This document shows, in pieces, positions 38,417 to 53,000 of a DNA stretch of 64,000 bases (its first letter is position 1; each line of letters begins with the position of its first letter). Made by a program: the position numbers and the translations under genes. This stretch comes from Oculina patagonica (lineage: Eukaryota): NCBI RefSeq assembly GCF_052425735.1, contig NC_135760.1, positions 26,102,001 to 26,166,000 on the forward strand. Direction: 5' to 3'. A model generated the notes under the pieces. The model made no database searches and was not told the DNA's origin. It saw nothing but the letters and a program-made list of their open reading frames with translations.

Positions 38417-39082
38417 ATTAATCGGGCGGGGCCTGGGCCCGATTCATAATCTGCACGGAATTTGTCGGATCGATCGAGACCCCGCGGCCAAGCCGGCTCT
38501 CTGTCACGGTCACGCAAGAAAATTTAATGCGACAGCCGATCACTCGCGTACTGAACACTCTGCTCTCGTAATATATTTGTTCATCCAATTACAAGAAGAG
38601 AGGGCGAAAAAATCACATCAAGTACAAACGAAAACAAAGACCGCTGGACATGTCCAAGCAAACTACCACTACGTCAGACCCATGCACGCGACCCGCGAAA
38701 ATGATCATCACCCTGTGAAACCTGCCGGGATGTGTGACGCGTTGGCCGGAGCGAGACAGGACCGAGAACGGGACCTGACCCGTGAGACGGAGAATCGAAA
38801 CGACGAAACGAAGGAAGCCAGAAGAAGTGCAGACGGGAACACGTCATCGCGCCAGGGGACAAAAGCGGAAGACGACGGAGAACACAATGGGATGGCCGCA
38901 CCTGGCGTGATGACTGAACTGGTGGGACGGAACAAAGACGGGCCGCAGGGGAGAAGATGACGGAGGAAATATGTCACGTCCACCCGGACACGCAACACGA
39001 CTTGGTCAGTGACTGCCAATACGTGCGGCACCGTGCTTAGCCAGCACTGAAAGAGGCAGGTGGTCAACACCCGCACGATTAT
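38417..39082. mobile_element. GC-rich non-autonomous insertion, absent from duplication unit A
   Basis: Short TIR taatcgggcggg / cccgcacgatta; interrupts the A/B homology. Confidence 0.5.
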
Positions 39083-39165
39083 AAACTGCTTGCAGTTCTT
39101 GTTTCTTTTATGGCTGTTTCCAGAAGATGTCAGGAGATCGACTGTACCTAGTTTTGCCATCGGAT

Positions 39166-39326
39166 ACAGTCCCGCGTGAGAACCGCATGAGTTGGCAAAC
39201 GGCATGGGGACACGGCAGCCCGTGCACTGATCCAAGACATCCGAAAAAACAGAGAAAAAAAAAGAACCCCACAAAAGAACGGGGAGAGGAAGCAACGCCA
39301 GGAGGCGGGCCACGCGGGTTTTACTG
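39166..39326. mobile_element. Small MITE with CAGT...ACTG ends and TA flanks (Tc1/mariner-like)
   Basis: cagtcccgcgtg ... cacgcgggttttactg; interrupts homology with 32590-32635. Confidence 0.55.
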
Positions 39327-42300
39327 TATAGCATTCTTGGATAGAACGAGTCTCTTTAATATTGGAGAACGGCTAGATTTTAGAAGATTTGGTCATTATA
39401 ATATATCCATAATTGCGCATGTGTGGTTGCACTTTATCGATATCGCTCATTCACACTGAACAATGCAATTTAATGTGTATTGTGGATTGCCAGATCAAAA
39501 TTGTATACTTCAGAAGATTGTCGTAAGTCATCCGTTGTCTTCCGAAGACAAGTCGAAGATAACCGAAGTTGATACGAAAAGATTTCCAATGATATAAAGA
39601 TCACAACATCAACAACGAAATAGCAACTTTATCTGTGTCGATTTTGTAACAAATAATACAATATATTAATTTACGATTAAGTGAAAATTGCGCAAAATAA
39701 CCTTAATGGACAGATAGACAGTGCGCAATACAGACTAAGGGTACCTAGAGATTTATGACAAACAAGCTGGGAAATGTTATTGCTTGTACTTTACTGACTG
39801 AAGTACAAATATTCATATATTACAAATAGCTTTCAACAATATTCATTTTTTTAAAATTATTCTTGCATTGTTTTAGCGACAAAAGCTTAATATCATCACT
39901 AATAGCACTCAAGGTCATAGCTAACCCTGATATCTGCTGTTGAAACTTCCATAATTAGTTCTGGTTTTTGAAAGAGCATATGGAATTGTACAAAAAAGCC
40001 TAGTGCCATAATTTTGGGTTTCTTTGACCGAAGCGAAGGAACCGTCAAATGTAGAAGAAAGAAGTTGTTTTGGGAATTTGTAAATGGAAGCAGCAATATA
40101 AAGATAATTACGCCTAATGATTTGATGATCGACATTCAATTCTATGAATAGTAAACTTGAGAGATCATCGAAGCTAGAAAAAGTAATAATTCCGACATAC
40201 TCTTCTACTTACGAAAACTGCCGAAGGTTACCAAAAACTAACTTCCGAAGAAAGCCGAAGACGATTTTCGTAAAATTGAGAGGTTTTGCTTACGATGCAC
40301 AGGAACGCCTGTGAGAATAATTTTACCGGAAAATGTACGTAAATTAAGCAATCACATATACATAAACATATCAAGTCGGGTTAAATAGTCGGAAAACCGC
40401 AGAAAAAGGGAATATGTCGTCTAATCTGATTAAAAATGTCGCTTTAATTTGAAAAAAAATAGAAGGGAAAACATTTTCTTATTTGGTCTCCCTTTCTGGT
40501 TTTATATATACGAGAAAACTCTTAGGCTTAACAGAGTCAAAGGTTTCTAGAAAACACGACGCGGATAACTATGAATACTATTATGGGTCGCTTTCAAGGA
40601 ATAAAGAATTAAATGCAGCCGAATTTAGATGCCCTTGGATATTTGTCACTGTTAAGTACAAAAGGAAGGTGTGTATATTGCATTAGCGGAACAAATGTTC
40701 TAATCAGACTCGCACTCAATATACCATAACCACAAATTGACTTTATAATAAAGGTCAAAACAAATGAATTAACATCCAAAACCTCTTTGCTGAGGTAAGG
40801 GTAAAACATCGCATTATGACAGAATGACAAACTGCATGTACCATTCATATTCTTTATTCTGGATAATCGCGCAAATCAAATAACAAATGGCGTGAAATCA
40901 AGCTGGCGTTTATGTGGTTTAACTACGAAAAATCCATGTCTTTTTATTTATCACCGATGATCAATAAAAGTTTAAGCTTGTCGATATTAACCCCCTAAAA
41001 ACATTTTTTAAACAATTCATTTGAAAAAGAAAGCAGAACTTTTTATGCCGATAGGGTCGATAACAGTTTACCAAACCGTTAACAATAATACCCGTTTTCA
41101 GTACAATAGTAAAGAAACAACTGGAACAAAATTGTTGTATAGTTTTCATCACAATGCTTCGAAATCAACCATATGATGTTGCCCTTTTGAAGTTATCACT
41201 GACAACAATCTTTTAAAAAACTCACTGCTTACGTCCCGTTAATTTACTTAACCTTTATATTTTATCTTATCGTATCTGAGCATATCTTTTACGTCAAGAA
41301 GCCTACATTCGACAAATCAAGACAAAGCTAAATCTCTGGAGTCCGCTCGGCGAGTCTCGTTTAAAAGGGGGCGCTTAAGGGACGGTCGTAATTTCCGGCC
41401 ATTACCCTCAGTTGTAGAGATTTGATTACGTAGGCACTTTTGTATGAGCTGAAACATCCAGGAAAAATGTTAAATAGTGGTGATTTTTGTTGGCCACCTC
41501 AGGAATTTTCTCCCCTGACTCTGGGTGTTGCCACGGCACCACATTCCAACGCATGGCTTTGACTTGAACCACCATTCACGTTTAACAAGCGATTAAAACC
41601 ATTTTTAGTGGCGAGTAAGAAAAACAAGAAAAACAAGAGCGTAAAGTCACTGATAAAAAGAGGTAAACAAACGATCACTTCTTAAGTGAAGTCGTGAAGT
41701 GATTTATTATTAGGGTTAGGTTATGTTGGTTAACTTCCGTTAACTTGCAAATATTAACACTGCAAGTTGAATCATCGAAATTGGAACGTGTAGACAATCA
41801 AACATCCTTCTTTTTTCTTGTCTGTATGTTTAACCCTTTGTAAAATTCCACACAGTGAACAACATCCAGTCTTTCTTTCAATATCGATACATTAACGAGC
41901 AAACAGCTGATGGGAATAAGAGAATTTATTATTATAGAATTAGGCAGAAGTTGCACCAAATCGTAGTCACAGAACTGATATTAAAAGAAATGTATGGAAT
42001 TAATAAACTGAGTTAACTAAATTTAACTGAGCGAAAAACAGTACCTGAAAGAAGTAAATATATTGCTGCTTATTTCCCCCTATAAGTGTTTATGCCCAGA
42101 CTAGACAGTACAACTTTACACCGGAATTTAAAAGCTAAAAATGGACGAATTTTGTTTTTAAATCGATCAAAATTCCAGTAGTAATCGTTTAATGTAGCTA
42201 TTCAGGGATTAAATAAATGAGCAATATTTTTGACAAGCCAGTGGATTGAAAATGAGAAATTTCGGTTTTTGTTCAAAGCTCATTCAAACTAAAAATGGAC

Positions 42301-43278
42301 ACTGAAATTTTGTTTTCAGATCGGTCAGAATTCCATCAGCAATATTTTCAGCACGGCGCGTGGATTAAAAGTAAGAAAGTTTTGTTTTTGTTTAACGCTC
42401 ATTCAAATATATCAGTAAATTTGCATATTGTTGTACTGTACTCTAGCGGGTTTCGTGCCGCTTATTACATGCAGTTATCCCATTCAGCCAGCGCAGTTTG
42501 AAAGTAATTTGTGTCTACGTGTATACATTACAAACCACTAACTTCTGTAACAACGATCAACGAAATATTGATACGTTGAAGAACAACGGAAGGAGCCCCT
42601 TAGAAAAGTATTTGAGGGCATACCCTGGGAGACCTAAAAAAAGAAACTTCGAAACCTGTTTGGGAAACATCGACATGGAAACCTGCAAACGTGTTTGGAA
42701 AACATCGCAGCAGTAATGCATTTTCACAACTCTTTCAAAGGAAGCTTTTTAACACCGTAATCAATTTTTAATCGCTAAACGTTTAGCACCAAAGAAACTA
42801 TTGTTCTGGCCCACTAGGTGTTAAAAAGCCTTCGTTTTCGGGCCAATGTCACGCAAAGGTATCTTCTCGTTCGTAATAGTTGCACGTTTAACGAACCGAG
42901 AAAAAGCATGGAGAACGAACGAGGTTTAACTAGAGAGCTTTCTAGAATTTTCATTATTTCAAGCACGTATCGCTGTAAGCTTTGAACCAAGAGTATTATA
43001 ATACGCTAATGTTTGAAAGGCAATATCTTGAAATGTCTCCGGATTTCATCACAAAGCGAGCGCGGTAGGCAATATCCCAAAACAAAGGCTTGACTACGTA
43101 AAGGGCAATACACTGAGTGCGGAGGCTAATTATAACAAAACGTTTTTCAAGAGCGCTGTTAGTTTGATTTTAACCGAGAAGAGGGACGCACTCGAAGTGA
43201 ACGCTCCGTGGCAAGTTACGCTCGAAGTAACCCTCTGTACTTATAAACCCGAAGACAAACGACTGGCGACGGTTTACA

Positions 43279-46200
43279 ATGAAGGTCGCCATTATAGGAG
43301 CTGGCGTTAGCGGTCTAGTTTCTATCAAATGCTGTTTAGACGAAGGACTCGAGCCAGTCTGCTTTGAGAAATGCGCTGATATCGGCGGGTTATGGAAGTT
43401 TTCCCAAGCAAATGGCTCCTACTCGGGCAGTGGGTCGGTCTACGAATCCACCGTTATCAACACCAGCAAGGAAATGACATGCTTCTCGGATTTTCCCGCG
43501 CCAAAGGATTTCCCGCCATTTATGCCGCACGGCGACGTCGTGGAATATCTGCACATGTATGCTAAGCGTTTTGACCTGCTCAAATACATTCATTTCAACG
43601 CTGTGGTTGTGGAAATAAGCCGAACCCCAAACCACAGGGAAACTGGACAGTGGAAACTAAGCTTCGTTAACTGGGAAGGGAGGAGAGTTGAAAGCATTTT
43701 TGATGCTGTTATGATTTGCAACGGGCACCTATCAAAGCCATTCTTTCCAGCATTTAACGGGCTTGATAGATTCGAGGGACGCAAACTGCATAGCCATGAA
43801 TACAAGAGTTATCGTGGATTTGAGGGCAAAGTGGTTCTCGTCATAGGTACGTTTTTATAAGGATAACGTTACCTAGTATATTTTAACTTAAAAGTTGTAT
43901 TCATGTAAATTAGTCAATTTGGAACAGTTTTCAAATGTTATTACTGGTAAATAAGCGTTTTCTAGAGTTAGCATTTGTGGAACTTTGCAATGGGTTCCAA
44001 CAATCTTGGTGACAAGTTTTGACCAATCAGAGAAGAGAGGCAAGTTAATTTGCCCGCGTGCTTGTCGCTGATTGGAACTAGACTTCTGATTGGTTTAATG
44101 CATCAAAACTATTGGCTTTGTAATGGCTTCCAACATTCGTCTTATATGTTACGACAGCCAATGGATGGAACGACTCCTCTATTGATTATATAACATCAAA
44201 ATAGGTGTAAAGTTTTGGAAAACCTGAGAGCTAATATCGCCAAGCACAAATCCAATACTTACTCTAATTAGCTTTGTCGTTCTTAAACAAGGTAATTATG
44301 CTTTTAAGTAAAAAAATCACTTTATATTTAAACGATATCTTGGGCGCAGTTTATTTTTAACATAACGAGATTCAGTAGCCCAGAAGGGTACATTTTGCAA
44401 TCGGTCTTTCTGGAGTTAGTACGAAACTCAGCAACCGTGTATTATTATGTAGTCTTCCACGTCTCGCTTAAAAGTCAAATGAACATACCAGGCACTTAGA
44501 TTAGGTTTCCGTTGTATTTAGTCACTGGGATATTGCTACTCCCCCTGGATGGGATGCTAGTTTATTGCATATTTGCCATTGCTGGTTTACCAACAATTTG
44601 CCAGAATCCGTTTGTACCTCTGGGTAGAGAGGCACTGTAGGAGTAAAATATTTTGCCCCAAAACACGACGACTTTGAATTGAAACTGTTCAAACGCACTA
44701 GAATTGTAAATCTTCAAGGCCAACCATTTTCTTATTACCTATAAACCGTTAATTGTATAACTAAATCAATTGCTCACTTAATTCACTACAAGGAATACTG
44801 CAAATGAACTGATTCAGTATTGGCAATACTGCCTCCAAAACGCTATTATTTTGATAATGAACGGGTTTAGGAGCCTTTTTGAAAAATACCGATTTTAGCA
44901 TACGTCAGTAAAGTTCATTACTACATCCTGGATACGACACATTAGCACACTTTGTGGACAATTAACTGAATTATAAAGCTAAGATTGATCACATTTTTAG
45001 AATAGTCGACTAAATACTGGCCTTTCTACAACTCCACCGCCCGTTAATTTAGCTTTTTTTTCTGATCTCGTAAGTAGTGTGGTCTGTGTGGTAAACATTT
45101 GTGCGACGGATATCCGCCGAAAATGACCAACTTGTCTTTGCAAAATCTACGGAAAACAAATTGGGCGAAATTATTTGGTTCAGGTGCTAGTACAGTTTAT
45201 GGGCGAGTTAAGTAGGAAACCGTTAAGTTTCTAAATAACATAATATCGACCAATATAAAGGTTAAAAAAATTACGTGTTTTTTAAAGAATCAAAGCTAAT
45301 TGATCGCAATTTTTTTATTGGACTATGAAGAAAGTAGACTCTTGCTTGTGAAGCAATTTTGATAGAAAGGTAGAACTAAATTCACGGGTTTTACATGAAA
45401 AAAGAGCGCAATCTGCACTCCAAGTTCAAGGTGAAATATTAGTGGTGTGTATTACTCATAAGTGGCATTACATTAAAATCCCTTTCCGAAATTTCCGGCT
45501 TATATAAACATCGTTCTATTTTTAAATTAGCCTCTGTCGGCCCGACAGTAGCAGATCAAGTTAAAATTCCTTTAATTTTATCCACGTTTCAAACCATTGC
45601 TTTCAGTTGCTTTTGAGCAGTGAGAAAGGAGACTTTGCACGGGCGCTAATCAAAGCTTTGACTACGGCCAACCCTTGTCACTAATCTTTATCAGCAGCAA
45701 AGTACGATTCGTATTTGCGTACGTACAAATGCATCCCGTGCGATACCCCCTTAATATGGATTGGCCTCGTCTATTTACAAGCTTACGGTGTCTAATTAAG
45801 CAAAAGCAGGCTTCTTTGTTTCTACATTTTCTCCTGCACAATAGAGCAGTGAACAGTGAAAACATTTTTTTATATTTATATCCCTGATTCAATTATTCGT
45901 TAATCTGGAAAACAATTTCCAAAAAAATGTTCCTCGTAGTAATGATATTGACGCTTTTAACAGTAAACCGATAACTATATAAATTATCTTCAATGCAGGC
46001 CTTGGAAACTCTGCAGCCGATATTGCCGTTGAGCTCAGCCGCCACGCCTCCCAGGTTTACCTTAGCACCCACAGAGGGGCCTGGGTGATTTCCCGCCTGG
46101 AAAAACGCGGATTGCCATGGGACCAGCACGTGGAAACGAGATTCTTTCAAAACCTGCCGAGCAAGATCAAAGAGTGGATGGCTGTACGAAGCGCCCAGAA

Positions 46201-47506
46201 GAGGTTCGACCATGAGACCTACGGGCTTCTTCCCCAGCACGGAATCCTGAATGCCCCCACGGTGATTAGTGATGATCTCCCCCTTCGTATCGCCACCGGA
46301 ACGATTAAACTACAACCCCGAGTTTCTCACTTTACAAGGAATGGCGTGGTTTTCACCGACGGCACAAGAGTGGAAAACCTGGACGCCGTTATAGCATGCA
46401 CGGGCTATGATATCAATTTTGAGTTCCTAAAGGACAAGTACATCTTGCCAGTTGAAGACAACCAAGTATCGCTGTACAAACAAGTGTTCCCACCCCACCA
46501 CCCCAAGTCAACCCTTGCCATCATGGGTCTGATCCAGTCTTCTGGCGCGTTCTTTCCCGCGGCTGAGTTGCAGGCTCGCTGGGTGACTCGTGTGTTCAAG
46601 GGGCTGGCCAGGTTACCCAGAAGAGAATTTATGTTGCACGACATAGGATTGGAGAAAAGAATGCTCAGGCAAATTTTCTACGCTTCAAGGAGACTCACTA
46701 TCCAGGCAAGAAATCCGTTTTGATTTGATAAGACAATTGATTAGTACCATCAAAGGTCAATACGTCGATTGACTTTCCCCCTAAATTCTGCCAAATTTGT
46801 GAATAGGGCAAAAATATTTTCATTATATAGCCAGAAATACACTCTTATTTTAAGGGAAATCGATGTCAAAAATTTCAGGAAAATTTGGTTTCTGAGGTAT
46901 TCAATCCAACCTGTAAAATTTAGAGTCACCGCGCCGTGTTTGCTGCACTTTAACACGGTGGTTTTTAAAGTGAAAACACAAAATAACACAAAATAGTTCT
47001 CAGTGAATTATTCCTGTCACAAAAGGACCATTGGACCATTACTAAACCAAGGCAAAATGTTATGTCTCAATGTTGATTATCTGTTTCAAAAATAACATTT
47101 TTTAACGGACCGTTCCTCTATCTTTATTCTTCAGGTGTCCAGCATTCCGTACAAAGACCAACTCGCAGATTTGATTGGATGTAAACCAGATCTCAGAAGG
47201 CTCTTTTTCAGGGACCCTTTCCTGGCCTTCAAGTGTTTTTTCGGACCTTGCTGTGCAGCCCAGTACCGCCTCATGGGGCCTGGGGCATGGCCAGGAGCCA
47301 AAGGTGTCATAGAGGAAACGTACAGAAACGAGATGTTTCCAAACGTGGAGAAGAGAAATAAAACCACGACAAGCAAACACCAGACCATTGTGAAGCTGCT
47401 GAAGTTGGTCTTCATGTTTGTAACCGTGGCAACAATCAATGAACTGTCCCAGGATCTGCGAGGAGAATGGGACGCAGTGGTGGGTTGGCTGCGGGCGGGG
47501 CGATGA
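43279..47506 (+). CDS. Flavin-containing monooxygenase (FMO5-like), paralog 2, ~548 aa
   Basis: join(43279..43846,45999..46705,47135..47506); 1647 nt in frame. Motifs VAIIGAGVSG, FEGRKLHSHEYK, IGLGNSA, CTGY, ELQARW. Same intron positions as paralog 1; the second intron has a GC donor. Confidence 0.92.
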
Positions 47507-47931
47507 ACTGTGATGCCCGGATGTATCAAACCGCTGGCCCACTGTCGAGGACACGTTTATCACGTCGTAAAGCAGCCAGAATTCCCGATCTATGAAAACG
47601 CTGTACGTAACAGCAAATCCGAGAGGACTGGGATAAGGTTCAAGGATACTATAAGAGAGACAAAGAATGAATAAAGTATTTTGGAAGTGGCTTTAACCAC
47701 TTTTCTAAGAACTGACAAAGAACGGATGTTTTGGTTTGAAGGACCTTACGTATACCTAAGTTATACTTTACGACCAAGGCCGCCCACTGGGGAACGAAAT
47801 GGCCTTAAATATTTACCAAATGTACAATACCGTAAATTAATGATCTGCATTGACAAAATGCAAAAGAACGCTTATGTCGGTTGCTATTAAATAGAATACA
47901 TTGATCTCGGTAAGTAATACTGATTCATGCA

Positions 47932-48175
47932 TACTATTTTCTCGATTAAACGCCCCCGGTGTTTATTTCAAACTCACCCTGGTGGACCCGGCGTTTATTC
48001 GAATCATGTAGTTAATCTGAGCTCGATTTTTATTAAGAAAGTGTTTTTATTTATTATTTTTGACAAACATGTATCTGGCTTTTATACTTACAGCTTATGG
48101 TATCTCAAAAACAATACTAGGGCCTATTTTCAACTCCAGCTTAGAGACCCGGCGTTTAATCGAGAAAATACGGTA
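47932..48175. mobile_element. MITE between FMO paralog 2 and MVK
   Basis: TIR tattttctcgattaaacgcc / ggcgtttaatcgagaaaata. Confidence 0.7.
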
Positions 48176-48686
48176 CATATGAAACAAAATCACACTTGAG
48201 AAACGGAGGCAAATTGTTGTACATATATAACGTATTAAAAGTAGCAAAATGACAAATGTATATAGGAACTGCAGTATTTCATAAAACCCTTGCCGGCTAG
48301 CTTGTGAGTTAAACTCAAACAACCAATACCATTCTCTAAGGATTCTTTACTTTGTGGACTCTGTCCACGATGGAAAATGTGTGAAGGCAAATATCTCCAC
48401 ACAACAACGCTAACGGCACTAGCTTTAAATTTAAGATTAGTTTTAGTTTCAATAAACATTCACGCACAGTGTTATTATCGGTAGAAGAATAAAGTTTATA
48501 ACTCGATAAGCGTCTCTATCGTGACTTCTAAGACAGCCTTTTTCTAGCCGTACAGCTAGTTGGAAACCAGCGCAAAGAACAACAGTAAAAAAAGACTGCT
48601 TTCGCGCTGATTTCCAACTAACAAGAACGACTCGAAAAGGCCATTTCTATCACAGAATGACTCGCCAATCCTGAGGGAGGGGAGGG

Positions 48687-50020
48687 TCAGGTGAATGCCA
48701 GAGTAACACCATGATCACCAAGACACGAGTCCCAAACTTCAAACCCCAGGCTGGACAGTTCACGGGTGACCTCGGTCACGGATTCCTCACTCGTACCTAG
48801 GAAATAAATCGGATAAACTGGCATAAAACAAATACACCAAACGATCCTTTTATAAGTACTGAGGTCATTTTCGGGATTGAGAATGATCGTCCTTATCAAT
48901 TCTGACAGAACTATAAAAACTAACCCTTGTAGACAAAACAAGAGTTTCTCCTTGCAGACAAATGAAGCTATCGCTGCTTTCTTAGGTTGCAGTGAGGGAG
49001 GCAATTTTTGGGGTAAGTGGCAAGCACACATGTCTACAAGATAGTGTTACAAGCTACACGTAAATCATTTTTGCGATGAACAAAACAACCTTCATATCGA
49101 AAAAATCTTAAAACAATAGTTAACAAAGATAAAAACAAAACACCAATGAATATAGTGCAGTTATAATGATTGTAAAAAAAGACAATTTTGAAGGAGCACC
49201 ATTACTTGACGTATTCACTATAGCGCTAATATCGCGCGACGTTTCACCGATAGTAACTGTACTTTGCGTGACATGTGTAACGTACCTGGCGTGACAAGTG
49301 TAAAGGCACATCCCCCTCCGCCTGCTCCAGTCAGCTTGGAGTGCATACCGTGTTTAGCTGTCACGTGACACAGCTGGTCCAATGAGCTGTGACTAACTCC
49401 TAACGTTACCAGCAACTGTTGATTCAGGTCAATAAGTTTCTGAAAACGATAAAATGGAAATAAGAATCGTCTTACAAATGTACATACCTTGTTCACGCTA
49501 ACTTGTAAGTAATGCTATGGGAAAGTGGATCTTTAAAATGGTGATGATCTGTGCGTTGAAGTGTAACAATTGAATTGTCATAAGCAATCCCATTGGATGG
49601 AGCACTGAAACCGTTCAAAATCGTATGATTGTGTGGAACTCCATGTATGTAACTGACCACATGGAAAAATCTTTTTGCAAACCCCCCAACGCCACACGAC
49701 CTGTACAAGAACTCAAAACAAAACAGTGAATTTTGACCAGTCCAACTGAAAACAATACTGAGGCCTACTTCCATCCTGAAAGATGGACTATGTTCCCCCC
49801 CTTTTAGGGGGTTTGAGAAGGAGAACCAGCATAAAATATAATGAGAAATGTTTACCTCTAACACACAATAGTGCTCTTGAAAAGTTTGCTCTGTCTTGTT
49901 TGGCTCAGCTACAAAAAGAACATAACACGTACCTCATTTAATAGTGATTTAGTTATTGCAAACATTAACCACTGTTTTTGTTGATAGTTAAATGGCTTTC
50001 CTCCCCAAAGGTGTGCAGGA

Positions 50021-50051
<31 letters not shown>

Positions 50052-53000
50052 GAGGGAGGGAAGGGGAGAGGCTTGGAAGTTTTGAACAATCATTCAATGT
50101 CAGAAGAAAAAGATTAAGCACAAACAAAACATACCTTGGGTTTGATAGAGTTTCTCAAGAGAGATACAGCTCTCTTCTGCAATAGCCCCAATAGCATCAA
50201 ACAGAGGATTATAAACAGCTGGGAGCTGAAAGAGAATGTCAAGGAGATATGGATTACATCAGTGACATCACAGGTCAAAAGTTTGTGAACTTAAACAAGT
50301 TCATAAGGCACTTTATTCAGATCATTGGCCTTCTTACTTAAAACTTGATACAGTAACCTCGGTACCAACACTGCGGTCAAGTTCAGCACCTAGACTTGCA
50401 ATTCCCTTGGAACATGGAACCTTCCAGGACATGTCTACCAGCCTGTTCAATAACCTACCTGCCAACCTAAGAGCTTGTAGCGATTTCAAAATTTTCTGCG
50501 GGGAAGTCAGAAAGCACATTCTTAGGTCAAGATGCAGTCAATAGTAGCTTTTAAATAAATGATAAGATTTTAAAAGCTTGCATTATCTAAAGTATTTGTT
50601 ATTTTATTTTAGCTAAAGGAATTTTTGTCTTTTTATATTAATTGTATTTTTTTTAGCTTTAGGAATTCTTCATATTCATATCAAATTGTAATTTTTATAT
50701 TTAGTTAGTATTAACAGGTGAAGAGCCATGTATTATGGATATACTGTTAATAAACCATTAATATTATTATTATTAATTATTATTATTAAATTATAATTAA
50801 TTTATTGCAGATAACTGAAAATGATGACTTCAATCCACCTTCAGATTGTACACAGTTTAGCAGGATTAAATGGCTCTCCAAGTTTAGTTGTCTGGCCCTG
50901 TGTTTTTGTGCTTTTATGTTTTGGGTGTTTCTTGTCAAATCAGGGTTAGTAAAGGGCAATAATTAATAATTTACACAGGAACAACCAGAGAGTTGTTGGC
51001 CTTGGTCCATTTTGTGTGACATTAAGCCAAACGTTCTCCTGTGTAGTAACCCAACTCAGAACAAACTTCAGGTATTTTCACTGTAATTAGTATGAATTAT
51101 ACACTGAAGTACATACAAGTAAACAAGGTTCCTATAAAATGTTTGAAGTTATTCCCTTATGATACCACAGACTGGCAAACGTTTGGAATAAAATAACACA
51201 AAATACAGAAGAAGACCTCACTTGACCTGTTTACTTGTTAATATTCAAGGTTTCCATTAGTTGATCACTTTACCTGTTGATATCTTTCCCTGAGGCCAGA
51301 CACCAAGTCCTTTGTACTACGAGGTATCTTTGTATGGGTCACAAGAATCTTGAGTTGAGGAATTCTGTGGTAGTTAACAACACAATTTAAATTCAGTTCA
51401 ACAATAATAAATATTTATTGATACTGTTACCATTATTTATTACTTGATCAACTTCATACAACCATGGCAGAGAGAAGCATGGCATGACAACCAAATCTCG
51501 CCGAATTTAAGCAAAAACCTTCATCAAGAAAAATACATCACCATTGTCTACATTAAAATTTTATTATTCTGCAGGCTTGAAAAAAAAACCATGAGTTCCA
51601 GCTTGCTGTTAAGTCATGCAGCAGTCCAATGTAACTTGCCGAGGGCAGTTGCATGCGTGTCTTACAAGTATGTAGTTTACTTTTTTCACGATTTAGTCTG
51701 GGGATGACCTGCCTGGGCCTGTGCCCATCAGGGAAGTTACCATGAAAAGTTACTTGCTGGCAGAAAAATCTACTTGTCCTGGACGACCAGACTTTATTCA
51801 AGCCCTGCTTTGTAGTACAAATGCAAAGAAACCAGTCCTTTATTACTGTAATTGAAAGAAGCATTTCAGTTTTTAATAAGGAAGTTGAATTGTTCAACAA
51901 TGACACGAGCATGGGACAAAGAAAAAATCTGAGTCCCTGACGGGAATCGAACCCATAACCTCCCAGATACCTCCCAGACATTGCTGATACTAGCAGCATG
52001 CAGGATGCGTGTCACATATCAACCATGTAAATGGCCCGGCTCATCACGAGTCTCTCGTAGCTCAGTTGGTTAGAGCACCCAGGCGGTATCTGGGAGGCCA
52101 TGGGTTTGATTCCCATCGGTGACTCAGATTTTTTCTTTCTCCCATGCTGGTATCATTGTTGAACAATTCATATTCATTATTTATCACCAAGCTCAAAATT
52201 TACCATCTTTATTATTTACTAGCATTTCAGTAGGTGTAATACTGTATTTAATACAGAAGATGGATTCACATAAAATACATGAGTGGTAATTTTTTTTTCT
52301 ATTTTAATAAGTTTGGTTTTCCATAACTGGGATCATTACTCAATGAGAAGGTGTTGATGCCCTTGAAATTTAGCTCAACCATTATTTTTATTTTCAATAC
52401 CTTGTCAAATGTTTGATGATACCATCTTGAAATGTAAGAACTCCTCCTACAAAACCAAAAAAAGGTTTTAACAAACACTTGGTTAGAAAACAAAGCCATG
52501 ACAACTTACAGCAGCTACACTGACTGTACTGACAATTAAAAAATCCATCCCTAGCTATAATCCATCATTATTTATTATGCACATGATGCTTTCGACATTG
52601 CTGATCCTAGAAGTAAATACGGCCCAGCTCACCACAAGTCTCTCGTAGCTCAGTTGGTTAGAGCGCCCAACTGGTATCTGGGAGGACATGGGTTCATTTT
52701 CCCACAGGGACTCAGATTTTTCTTTGATCCACACTCGTGACAAATGAACACTTTGATGCTAACTAAAGGTAACATGAATCTTACCAGTGTGAAGCAATTT
52801 TTTTGCCAGGCCCCCAAAATGCCTATACAACTTGCACTTACCATATGTACAAACTGAGTTATCAATGCCAGATGGTTTTCCATGAACAAGCTTTTCAGCT
52901 TCTAAACTCCATTTGCAAATTAACTCCAGGTCTTCAGCAGACAAAGACACATTTTTTTCACTTGCAGTGGCAGATGAAACTGTGGCTGAGACACCTGTGG

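Larger units (their letters stand above)
25950..39340 (+). repeat. Tandem segmental duplication (~6.7-kb units: A ~25950-32635, B ~32636-39340)
   Basis: Colinear homologous blocks: 26290/33205, 28925/34090, 29605/35360, 30369/36377, 31800/37583, 32590/39136 (agatcgactgtacctagttt) and 32621/39327 (tatagcattct). Confidence 0.85.

Noticed and set aside
38577-39459. ORFs of 110-208 aa in a GC-rich stretch
   Set aside because: They lie in non-autonomous insertions, have no recognisable domain and no splice support.
52050-52720. tRNA genes at ~52050-52125 and ~52638-52712
   Set aside because: Degenerate T-arm and acceptor stem, and embedded in a repeated element with shared flanks; treated as tRNA-derived repeats.
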